64,000 bases of DNA from Dudresnaya verticillata (lineage: Eukaryota). This document shows positions 10,405 through 21,425 of this stretch, piece by piece (position 1 is the stretch's first letter; the number at the start of each line of letters is the position of its first letter). The stretch spans positions 2,542,001-2,606,000 of the forward strand of contig OZ374564.1 in the NCBI GenBank assembly GCA_977862235.1, in the 5' to 3' direction. The notes under the pieces were generated by a model, which made no database searches, was not told where the DNA came from, and saw only the letters and a list, made by a program, of their open reading frames with translations. The translations under genes and the position numbers were made by a program.

Positions 10405-13400
10405 CTCGGGCACCAACTCCTGGCACTGGGGTGTCGCACCACGACGAGAGGCCTAGGCCTCAGGTGCTGACACGGAAGGAGGGCCCGGAGTTAGTTACCA
10501 AAGACGCCAACGGGTGGATAGAGTCGTCGCAGACGTCATTAAAACGCCCATGGCGAAGATACCAGCCCCCCCAGGCGCAAGGGCAGTTGTTCGTGATGGC
10601 CAAGAGGAACTATAAGGTGTACGCCGATTTGGGCGCAACCGTTAGTACCTTGGCACGTAAAATCACTGTCCTCGACACGGGGGCTGGTCCGAATTTCATT
10701 CGCATTGACGACATTCCGCTGGAAGCGCGATCGCGTATCGTGACGAAGAGCCTCCCCGTCATAGCCGACGCCAATATTAAGGCGATCCAGACAAAAGGTA
10801 CAATAGACTTGGTCGTTCGTCTAGGATGGAGAGTCGTCTAGTTGGAACTGATCGTTTGCGAACGACTCGCTGCGCCGGTTATACTCGGCTGCGACTTTTG
10901 CGACCGCTTCGTCGAAGCAATATATCCGCGAAGTCGCGAGGTTGAATTGGATGACGGGACTCGTGTCCCTATAATGCGCCGCCCGCTGCGCCGACCCCCG
11001 TCGTATCCTCCGTTACCAACGGAACAGGAATACGGAAAGGCCGAAGGGAGGACGTCGCCCAAGATCCGAGTCGCCGAGCGCACGATCATCCCGCCTAAAG
11101 CGCAGCAATGGGTATCGGTGACCACCGAGCGCGCCGGTATCATCACAATTCAACCGTTCGGAACGCTGTACGACAAACAAGGTCTGGCTGTTACGAACGG
11201 GATTGCTCAAGTGGAGCCGCTAAAATCGTTTCGCATTCTGGTTGCCAACTTCTCTCCCCGCCCGCAGGCGCTAGCCAAAGGCTAAGTCGTCGCGACGGCG
11301 TTACCACATCCGACAGCAGTGTTCCCCAGTCACGTAAGTCTAGCCGATGTTTTGGGCCTCACAGAGGAACAGGCCGAGGAGGAGAAGGCAAACCAAGATT
11401 TCCGTTTTCAAACGAACGATAACACTACGGCACAGCCGGATACTTTCACGAAGTCTATCGAGGCCACCACTGCCAAACCTCCGTCAGTAGACGATTTAGA
11501 CCTGGGACATCTCCCCGCCGAGCATCAAGGCCGGCTTAAGGAGATGCTGCGCAAGTATTCGTCTATGTGGGACGGTTCGTTGGGAGAAATCTCAACCACG
11601 GAGCACTACATCGACTTGCTTCCCGGCTCTAGACCGATATCGTCCCCGCTCTACCGAGCGGGGCCGAAGCAAAGACAACTCGCTCAAGCGGAAGTGGACC
11701 GCATCCTCCGTCAAGGGGTTATTGAACCCGCACAATCGCCGTGGGCGTCACCAGTGGTCTTCGCCCCCAAGAAGGACGGGACCCTCCGCTTTTGCGTGGA
11801 CTACCGTCGTTTAAACGCAGTAACCATACGGGACACGTACCCGCTGCCGCGTATCGACGAATGCATCGACAGTCTAGGGGAAGCAAACGTCTTCACCACC
11901 CTAGACTGTAACAGTGGGTACTGGCAAGTGCCGATCAATCCGCGAGACCGCGATAAGACTGCGTTCACGTGCCACGCCGGACTGTTCCGCTATAAGCGTA
12001 TGCCATTCGGTCTCACGAACGCACCCGCTACGTTTCAACGAACGTTGGACATACTGCTCGCTGGTTACAAGTGGCGTTCGTGCCTCGTCTACCTCGATGA
12101 AGTAATAATCTTCTCCAGCGACATCGACAGTCACTTCCGTCATGTTGACGAGATCCTTTCGACATTGCACCGCGCCGGGGTGACTCTGAAGTTGACCAAG
12201 TGTGACATCTTCACCCCGACCGTCAACTATTTAGGACACGTCATACGTCCAGGACGGTTAGAAGTTGACCGAACTGTCACTGCCGCGCTACGCGAAGCCA
12301 AGCATCCACGGGATCAGAAGGAGCTACGGAGTTTCCTCGGTCTTTGTAACGTCTATAGACGGTTCGTCTCGCGATACGCGCACGTCGCTGCCCCCCTCAA
12401 CAAGTTGCTGAGGAAGGAACAGGACTTCCGGTTACAACCGTTTGATGAGACACAAGCCAAAGCGTTCAGTACGCTCGTCGAGGCCGTGACGCATCCGCCT
12501 ATACTGGCGCTACCACAGCAGGGTCTCCCCTATTCCGTCGATTGTGACGCAAGTGAGTATCAGGTCGGCTGCGCTCTCTTTCAAACGCAGCCCGACGGGG
12601 AACGTAAGCTGCTCGGCTTCTGGTCCCGCTCGATCACCGCTCCAGAGCGTAACTACTCGGTCTCCGAAAAGGAGTGCCTCGCAGTAGTATGGTCCGTCAT
12701 GACGCTGCGACCTTACCTCCAGATGGAGTCGTTCACAGTCCATACGGACCATTCGTCGTTGAGATGGCTGATGGAAATCAGCGACCCCTCTGGACGGTTA
12801 ATGCGGTGGCGCCTTCGCCTTTCCGAGTTCGACTTTGTCGTGAAGTACAAAAAGGGGTACCTGAATACTCAGGCAGATGCCCTTTCGCGTCTACAGACGA
12901 AGGGAGAAACCGTCGAGCCCATTGACGATGATATACCGTGCTATCACGGAAGCTACGTCGAAGACGGCCATCAAACGTCACAAGACGATCTGTCAGACGC
13001 CAAAGACGAGGTAGACTTCGCCGAACGAGAGGTCGAAGAGTTCGACCAAGTGTTGATCAACAACACGCCGCCGGCGGATGAGCTACTCCTTCGTCAAGTG
13101 ACGCATGAAGAGTTGGTACACGCCCAAGGCGATGACAAATACTGTAACGATGTCGGGAAACGTCTGGATGATGGGATCATATTACCGTTCGCCACGGATG
13201 AACAGGGCCTGTTGGTCCGAACAGTGGAAGTCCGTCCGCAAGTGGTCGTACCCTCCGCGTTACGCGCTCGCTTACTCCACCTCCGGCACCACGCCAAGTT
13301 GGCAGGGCACCCAGGGGGGCGTAAGTTGTATCATACGCTTCGACGCGAATACTATTGGCCATCGATGCCAGTGGACTGCTATGCGACCGTCCGCAACTGC

Positions 13401-15117
13401 GTAACCTGCGCTAAGAATCGTGTATTGCTGCGAAAGAACACCAAGCAATTGAAGTTGTTCCCGGCAACCGAGCCTCTCGAATTCGTATCGATCGACATAC
13501 TGGGCGAACTCATACGCACGAAGCGAGGAAACAAGTTCCTACTCGTCATTGTGGACCGCTTCTCGAAGCTGGTCCGGACGGTCCCACTGCGTAGTATTAC
13601 GGCATTGGAAATCGCTAAGGCCTTTGTACGACATTGGGTCTTCGTATACGGACCCCCAAGAAACTGTTGTCCGACAACGGACCACAGTTTGTGGCTAAGT
13701 TCCAGGATATCTGCCGTCTTTTGGGAGTGGAGAATCTCTTCACCACGACGTACCATCCGCAATGCAATGAACAGGTAGAACGATTCAATCGAACTATCCT
13801 GGCCTCGCTGCGCCACTACGTTGCGGATCATCCGAGAGATTGGGACCTGTTCACGGATGCCTTGACGTTCGCATACAACACACAGTTGCATTCGTCTACG
13901 CATTTCGCTCCGTTTGAATTGGTGCAGTCGAAGCCACCACGACCATTGTCGCTCGAAGCGGAACCGTCGCTCGTAAGCGTACCCACCGCGGGGCAATACT
14001 ACACCAAGTGGCGAACCTGGCTGGCCGCACTGATGGGAACCGCTGAAGCGTCGTTAGAGAAAACTCAAGCACGTTACAAACGAAACTTCGATACCCGATT
14101 AAGGAAATCGAAGGAAACAATCGCCATAGGCGACCTCGTATTCGTACGTAAGGAATACTTCGCCCGAGGCGGGAGCACGGATCGCGCAGAGCGTAAGCAT
14201 AAGCTGGCGCCAGTGGCGGACGGACCATACCGGGTAACTCACGTTGATAACAAGACAGTAACCGTCGACAAGGGACGTGATGAGCGGGAAAGTTTGTCCC
14301 GAGACCGCGTGGTCTGGGCGCCGACCCCACCGGGTCAGGCGGCCCTTCCAATCGTCGTACCACCAGGCCCGCCTGAGGAGCAGGGAGCAGTCGCCCCCAC
14401 GTCACAAGACGAAGGGACGACTACCCCAGGCACGCCACCAGCGGACCCGGAACAGGACGCAGACACTTCGCATACTGCGGCAGATCCGCAAGAGCGTACG
14501 ATCGCCGCGTCACGCAGTCGTGGGTTGGCAGAGCTTTCGCCCTTCGCCGCCGATTCCAACGACCGCGCTTCGCAATCGGTCTCCAACGACGACAGTACCC
14601 CAGGGGTTCGCACCCGTTTGGAACACGTCGCTACGGCATCGCCGAATGAGAACAATGACTCCGCTGAAAGCGCGTCCGATAACGAAGATGTTAACCGTGC
14701 AAGCACGAAGCAAGGCGCTGAAAGCGATGAACTCGTCTCAAGACGCAACAATCCACTGACCGCTGATCGAGCGTCCGAGGCCCAAGGCCAACGCCTTCGG
14801 CGATCAACTCGTCGAGTACGCTTCGCCGAACCGGAACAGACGCCCATCACGCAACGAGACAAACCACCAAAGGCTCTGGACAGGCCCACGTCGAAGCCGA
14901 ACGCTGTGAGCGGAAAAGAATACGTGATTGAACGCATCGAGTCGCACGCGTACGCGGATGATGAGGAGATCCTCTACCGCGTCAAGTGGTTCGGATACCC
15001 GCTTCAGCGAACACCTGGGCGCCAGTCTCCAGTTTTCCGGGATCCCACGTGACACGGTACCACCGTCGAAAACGTATGCAGCTGCCGCCAAACGTCGACG
15101 ACGAGCAGCCCGGCTAA
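10395..15117 (+). pseudogene. pol: pol of element B (protease, RT, RNase H, integrase, chromodomain) with stops and frameshifts
   Basis: LDTGAGPN protease; RFCVDYRRLN, MPFGL and YLDE (catalytic YLDD mutated); DCDAS RNase H; HHCC and DILG/SDNG integrase; EYVIERI...YRVKWFGY chromodomain, frameshifted to ANTWAP and ending TAA at 15115-15117. Stops at 10839 and 11283, frameshift near 13655. Confidence 0.95.
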
Positions 15118-16391
15118 CCCTAGTCCGGAAATACCGCTGGAAGCGAATGGACGGACGATCGAGACCGCGTGCTCGACCTACGATCGCCAAAGGCGCGGAA
15201 GCTCAACCCATGGCCTGTGGACGCAGTCGCCCGGGCGACAGCGCCAAACACGTGTGCACGCCACGGACGAACGCGGACGCAAGTCGTTGCGTCATAGACA
15301 GCCTCACGCACGCCACCTCGCAGCAGCCCCCATACGGAACCCCTGGATGGGTGCACTGTTGACAGTGGATCCAGATCGCAAATCAAGATCCGCCGCCGGC
15401 GCCCCTCGGGTAATAGGAGGCAGTAGTTGGTCAAATTTTAATTTGCAAACACGGCAGCGCGCACCACCCGGCCGGCAACGCACGACGAACGCAATCACTC
15501 CAAGTGGCTGAGCAGGTGCTACGGGCCCCAGCGACGACAGGCGCAAGTGGCAGCGCACCACTACCGTCTCCGACGTCGAGACGTGCACTCGCCCCACGGC
15601 CAAGTCCCTGGGACCGCCACCCTGCCAGCCACGGTCTCGCGCGAAAGCACCCGTCGAACGTCTCCGACGTAACTCGCCAAAGCAGGGCCGCACCGACAAA
15701 CCCACCCCCGAAGGGGGGGGGGAAGGTGGTCGAAGACGCAGTTGCTGCGGGCTCCGTTCACGACGCGCCAACAAATCGCCAACGACTCCGCCGCTGCCCG
15801 CTGCCGCCGCGTCGCAGTCGCGCGAGCGCGACCACTCTACCCTACCCCCAAGAAGGAACGTCGTAGACGAAAGGGGCGGCAACGCTAAGGCGTCAACGCC
15901 TACCTCACCGCCTTCGCGACCCTCGTCGAAGACGCCGACAAACCACGCCCAAGACGCAGTGCGACACATGCACCCCAAAAACGCTAAGTAAGCGGACAAA
16001 CGCCAACGCCGCAGGTGAAACACGCAGAACAACGCTACTACAGCGGACACTACCAGGCAAACACAGCCAAGTGCCAACGCACGGCTAAGGCCAATGGCAC
16101 CAAACGCCAACGCTACTGTAGCGGGCAACCAAGAACACGACGCAAAGTCGAAAGTGGATCACAAGTCACACCCTAAGGCTAACGCGAAACGCGACACACA
16201 AAAACGCTGACAATGGCCGAAGTTTACTGGGCTAAAAACAAATGGGGACAACCCCACGCCCTAGCAATCGACCACTACAGCTACATTAATCGTCAAAGAC
16301 GAAGGGGAATACCCCGCTAGTCGGTCCCGCAAAGGAGCCGAAGGGCAACACAATACGCACCTCGCGACCGCTATCCGTTCTTGAAACGACA

Positions 16392-18239
16392 TCAAGACTC
16401 TTTCGTCGCAGACGAATCGGGGGGTACACCCTCAGCGCCTTCGGCGGACTCACGCAACGCCTCTTCGTAGAGGTCGTCCTCCGTCCTGGACGGTACACTC
16501 ACGGCAGGAGCCGGGGCGGACCGCAAAGGCCTTGCCACCGCAACCGCCGGAGTGACTATAACAGGCGCTGCAGGCGAAATGGGCGACTCATCAATCGCCT
16601 TCGGCGTCGTCGCGACAATATCCGCCAAAGGCGATGAAGCAATAACACTCGCCACGGGCGCAGAGCTCAAGCCATTGTTCGCCTTAGGCGCGGGCACAGC
16701 CCCATGCGTAGTCAACGACTCGTCGACCGCCTTTGGCGTCAGTTCCGAAACCGCCTGCATTGGCGTCGCCTCTTCACTCGCCTTCGGCGCTGTTATTCCG
16801 ACACCCGTCAATGACGCAGGAGCGCCTAGCTCCTGCGGAGCCGTCAACGACGCTATAGCGGCATTCGCTTCGCTCGCCGCAGGCGGTACAGTCATACTCA
16901 CGTCTTTAGACGCCGGACCATTCGCCGTAGGCGACGAAGGCTTCTCCGCCACACCATCCTTCGACGCAGAACCTACGACACTAGTCGACTTCGGCGTGGT
17001 CCCACCCTGAGGTGGGACCACAGCCGACAAAGATTGGCTCATCCACTCAGTAGGTGAGCCGCTCAGACCGCTAGTAGCGACGCCCGCCGCCTGCAATAAC
17101 GCAAGCACGGTGCGGCGCTGCTCTTCGGTCCAAACTGGCACCGGAGCTGGACCCCCAGAACCGTCTGCGACGTTTGATGCTTCGCCTTGAGGCGTCACGG
17201 TCGGCGGAGCCGACTCCAATATTGGCGTCGCCATAACGGCATCGCCATCATCGTCAGCGACGGGAGCCGCAAGGTCCAGAGTAGCAACAGCTGGCAGGCC
17301 AGCTGGCACTCCACCGCCACAGACAGCGCCTCCGGGCAAAGCCGAAGACGCGGGCGCAGGCTCGGCAGTCGACTCAACCGCCATAGGCGTAGCGATATCC
17401 GTCCCAGACGGGTTCTCCGGTCGGCCATCGGCGTTAAACGCATCCTCCTCGCCCATTAAGGCACTCAAATGCGGAGGAAAATCACCGACAAAGTAGCAGC
17501 TCTTACGCAAACCACGCGGGTGATTACCCGGGGTGAAGCGGTCTGTTTTGCGATGGCGCTTCGCAACGTTCTTCGTCGTACGACGCTTAGTCCATGGATT
17601 ATAATGGATCCAATCGCCACAGGCGGAGTGAGTCCGACTCATCGCGAATCGCGGACGATTCGCCTTACGGCGGTTGTTCGCATACGGCACAATTGCCGGG
17701 TCGTTCCAATCGATCTCATCCGCCACAGCGCGCAGGTTCCAGAACTCCTCGGTGTTTCGGGACCCGCCAAATATTTCGACCAAGTCGAGGCTGCCAAGCT
17801 GAGCCACCACACGCGGGGGCAAGTGGTACATACGGAAGGTGTCATACACCTCGCATAACCACGCATACGCCACATTGGCGACCCACTCCGTGTAAAACAC
17901 GATCCAATACCTGGAATAGGGGTCGGTCATCAGCTCGGAACCAAGATACGTGACACACGGAGGAATCTCTACGGAGAAACCCTCGCATATCTCAAACTCT
18001 CGCCATACAGGCGGTACCTTCACGAAACAGAACGGTAACTTACTACGCTCAATGCGATCGACCTGCATCTCCTGGTAAGGTACGAATACGCCCTTTCGGC
18101 GACGCGTCTCGCACTCCCACTGGATACAACGCTCCCAAAAGAACGTACCCGTACGATGCAAGTAACGAAAATCCGCTTTCAAGCGTACGCCTAACAGGTA
18201 GGCCTCTCCCAACACACGAGGCTCAATCGATACGCTCAC
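16392..18239 (-). CDS. Antisense extra ORF inside element B (615 aa; originally probably ~760 aa starting at 18679), function unknown
   Basis: Long open frame between pol and the 3' LTR. Aromatic-rich globular N-half and Ala/Pro/Ser/Thr-rich tail with TPKA-like repeats. The frame continues upstream through one TGA (18252-18254) and one frameshift near 18495. Confidence 0.8.
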   Translation of the reverse strand: MSVSIEPRVLGEAYLLGVRLKADFRYLHRTGTFFWERCIQWECETRRRKGVFVPYQEMQVDRIERSKLPFCFVKVPPVWREFEICEGFSVEIPPCVTYLGSELMTDPYSRYWIVFYTEWVANVAYAWLCEVYDTFRMYHLPPRVVAQLGSLDLVEIFGGSRNTEEFWNLRAVADEIDWNDPAIVPYANNRRKANRPRFAMSRTHSACGDWIHYNPWTKRRTTKNVAKRHRKTDRFTPGNHPRGLRKSCYFVGDFPPHLSALMGEEDAFNADGRPENPSGTDIATPMAVESTAEPAPASSALPGGAVCGGGVPAGLPAVATLDLAAPVADDDGDAVMATPILESAPPTVTPQGEASNVADGSGGPAPVPVWTEEQRRTVLALLQAAGVATSGLSGSPTEWMSQSLSAVVPPQGGTTPKSTSVVGSASKDGVAEKPSSPTANGPASKDVSMTVPPAASEANAAIASLTAPQELGAPASLTGVGITAPKASEEATPMQAVSELTPKAVDESLTTHGAVPAPKANNGLSSAPVASVIASSPLADIVATTPKAIDESPISPAAPVIVTPAVAVARPLRSAPAPAVSVPSRTEDDLYEEALRESAEGAEGVPPDSSATKES

Positions 18240-19182
18240 ATGTTTGAGCGATCACGTCCCAAGACGAGCACCATATTCGGCTTCGCCGGCTGTGCGGTAC
18301 TGTCCCGCATCATAATTGAACAAGGGCGGCGTTAACGTCGACCCCGGATAACGCGTGAAGCGACGATACACGTCCGAGACGAACTGCGCGTGGATGTCCG
18401 CGCGCGACTGCCCCGCTCGCACCCAAAGCCATTCCGCAGGAACGGCGCAGCGTAACTTCCATTCTAACGTCCAGACGACGCCGAGGGGCAGGCCCCCGGC
18501 AAGAAACCGCTAGTAGCGTAATGGGCAACCAATGCTTCCTCGCGCAGGGCCTCCTGGTCAAACCAGGGGGCCCGCGCGAAGAAATGCGCGTGATCGCGAG
18601 GGTTCTTCCCGACGAAGTCGACCGGCGAAGCGTACACAGGCGCAGCCGAGGGCGCCGCCACCTGCATGCCATTGAACATCGGCCTGACGTCAACGACGAG
18701 AATATGTTAACGCCAAAGGCGATGCTTGTACAAACGTCAAAGATGACTCGCGTTCTGCGCCACTGGTGAAAACTCCAAGAAGCGTGCGTCGAAGACGATT
18801 ACTGTTGTAAGGCCTTAGGCGAGGAAAAGAAGCCCACGTCAACGACGTTCAGCTGCTGTGCCACTGGTGATACCGAAAACAAACGACGTCGATGACGATT
18901 AAGTTGCGACGCCCCAGGCGAGGGATATGTGATAGACGTCAACGACGGAGCTCGTTATGCGCCACAGGCGGTGATGTCGGGGCAGCGTCAACGCAGCCGC
19001 ACGAGTACGCAAACGCAACAAGAGCGGAGTTCTTACGGCACAGCCGAGGCCGCAGTCGCACGCGGGCGCACCAACACAATACGCGAAGGCGCGGGGACTC
19101 GCTCGCAAGGCGCGGAAGTTGGCAGGGACGCAACGGAAGAGCGCACGGCAGCAAGTTGAGGGTCGGGTCGTGTTCGCGTTTT

Positions 19183-19191
19183 GGAGGGGGG
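19183..19191 (+). promoter_or_regulatory. Polypurine tract of element B
   Basis: GGAGGGGGG 3 nt before the 3' LTR. Confidence 0.75.
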
Positions 19192-19194
19192 TCG

Positions 19195-20103
19195 TGTGGT
19201 GTAAGGGGAGGCGAACCCTTTTTCGCTGAAAGCGGGTGGACCAAATACGTCGACCGACGGAGAAATCGCCACCGGCGCTCACCACCGCCGTTGGCGCGCG
19301 AACACGTCATCGACGGCTCACTGGGGCGCGCGCGCACACTGCGCGCCGCGCGCCACGCGGGCACTGTACGGTGATGGCCCGACGTGGCGCCCCGGGGCAC
19401 TGTAATACGGATCCAGATGGGATCCGGATCCGGTATCCAGATTGGGTATCCGGATCGCCTAAGCTGTAAGGTACGCGCCTGTAAGGCTGCGGGTATTCGC
19501 ATTGCTGGCCCGATCCGGATGGGATCGGGATCGGACAAGTATCGGATTAGATCCAAGGCGCACGCTCTACAGTGCGCGCGCACGCACGGCTGTAAGGCAC
19601 ACGCGTCCACGTGTGTGTGTAAGCACCCATACAGGGGGTTGCACGGCAACCTGTCAGGCGCGCGGCTGCATGCAACCGGTGATCTGTCAGACGCGCCTCG
19701 GGACGACACGTGTCCCGAGTTCCCGCGCTACGCACACGCACCGCCGCCGCCGCACCGCCGTACTATACTTAGGTAAGCCGTCCCAGACGTAACAGTAAAC
19801 GCCCGGGCAAGCCGGCCTTGGTCCAGACTTCCCCGTTCCGCACGCGCGTACCCTATCGCTGCCTACGGCTAAGCGTCTACCTCCCGTGCTTCCACGTCTA
19901 CCATCGTCCTTGACGTGTTCCCTTTCTGTTTTCTTTTCCCTTCCTTCACACTTTCCGCCTCGGGCGTCTACAGTCCGCCCAAGACGTGTTCCTTTGCTCT
20001 ACCAACAAGTCGCCCACGGCGGGACCACCCATCGCCGAGGGCGCAGCTACCCACCGAGCCGCGAACTGCTCGGCGGTCTATCGTCTCAGGCGTTTGCACC
20101 ACA
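19195..20103 (+). repeat. 3' LTR of element B
   Basis: Direct repeat of 6808-7718, followed by TSD AGAAG. Confidence 0.97.
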
Positions 20104-20536
20104 AGAAGGTCCAGTGCGGGCAGCGAAATGATGGGTAACAGGGAGACGGAGGTCGGAACAGGGAGAGGGCGCTACCTCTCTGCTCGGTCGGTTCGCCGAG
20201 AGAGAGCTGCCTTTATTGTGGACGCAGTTCGCGTCCCGCTACAAAAGACAAGGAATCTGAGCTCTCACGCAGCAAGAGGCACAGGGAGAATTACTTGCCG
20301 CGTGCTGTGCGGTCATATCGCCACACAAGCCGCCGGGTCGTGATGTGTCGTGGAGACACGCCGGTGATCTCATTCTGATTGCGCATCAGGCGCAGCCTGT
20401 GGACCAGAAGATTATCACCCATGTTGGAAATATCCAGGTCACCGGATATTTTTACAACGCCAGCCAAGTCGGTCGCAGACCTGGCAGTGCTACGTCGCTC
20501 AATGGTGCAGCCATTGTCCGCGCAACGGAACTCGGG

Positions 20537-20765
20537 TCAGGAGCTCAACGGCGCAGCCGTTGCCGCGCAGCGGGTCCTGACCTGAATAGTACGTCGTAAA
20601 TGGTAAGGATCAATTCAGGAGCTCAACAACGCAGTCGTTGCCGCGCAGCGGGTCCTGACCTGAATAGTACGTCGTAAATGGTAAGGATCAATTCAGGAGC
20701 TCAACAACGCAGCCGTTGCCGCGCAGCGGGTCCTAACCTGAATGGAACATCGGAAATGATGCTCA
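20537..20765. repeat. Tandem repeat, 78-bp unit, ~3 copies
   Basis: TCAGGAGCTCAAC...GGGTCCTGACCTGAAT units start at 20537, 20615 and 20693. Confidence 0.9.
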
Positions 20766-21036
20766 GGTATAACAGACTACAGTATCACGTCCACACTGTG
20801 TTCTGTACTGTAGTCTTTTGGTGTGAGCATGGCATGCACCTTCTGAAAACAGCTGAACCCACACAGATATATCGACCACTAATCGTAATGTTTGAGGTCA
20901 AAGTCGCTCAGTTTGGAAGGAACGATAAAACAGTTGATAGCTTTTTAGCGACAGGAAGTGGGTATTGATAGTACTTGGTTATCAATCTGTGTGATAGGAA
21001 CACCTAAGAGGTACATACTTATAGCCAACTAGAACA

Positions 21037-21415
21037 TGTTACGTACCGGTAAAGAGCTCTGGTCTCTTTAGTTGATTTCTCGCTGTAGACACGCGCGGAC
21101 CCGGTTCCTTCTCAAAGCACGGATACCTCTTTACTTCTGTTGCACCTTTTCCCTCTATTTGTATTCCTTTTCACAACCGTACTTTCTACAGAGCACAAAC
21201 TAAAACACGACAGAATACTCTCCATGCCTACAATTGCACTAATAAAAGAGAGTTGATTACTCTCTTCGTCTACACTTGAACTGACACACGAGAATTGACA
21301 TGTCGACACTACTACTTCTTGACAGGCGACATCCGCCACCATCAAGATAGCACCTGATCCAGCCTGCCGGGAGGCGGCCACCACTAACTGCCCACGCTTG
21401 CCCTGGCCTCTAACA
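21037..21415 (-). repeat. 3' LTR of element C
   Basis: Direct repeat of 26338-26716. Confidence 0.96.
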
Positions 21416-21425
21416 TTCGGCCTCA

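Larger units (their letters stand above)
6808..20103 (+). mobile_element. Full-length Ty3/Gypsy chromovirus-type element B (13.3 kb), coding-defective, with an extra antisense ORF
   Basis: Two ~910-bp LTRs with TGTGGTG...CACCACA ends, TSD AGAAG (6803-6807 and 20104-20108), PBS, PPT, and gag-PR-RT-RH-IN-chromodomain order. Confidence 0.97.

Noticed and set aside
15304..16128. 274-aa antisense ORF with a hydrophobic N-terminus as an env-like gene
   Set aside because: Non-ATG start, low-complexity composition from a CA-rich strand bias, and no recognisable motifs; it cannot be excluded without sister copies.
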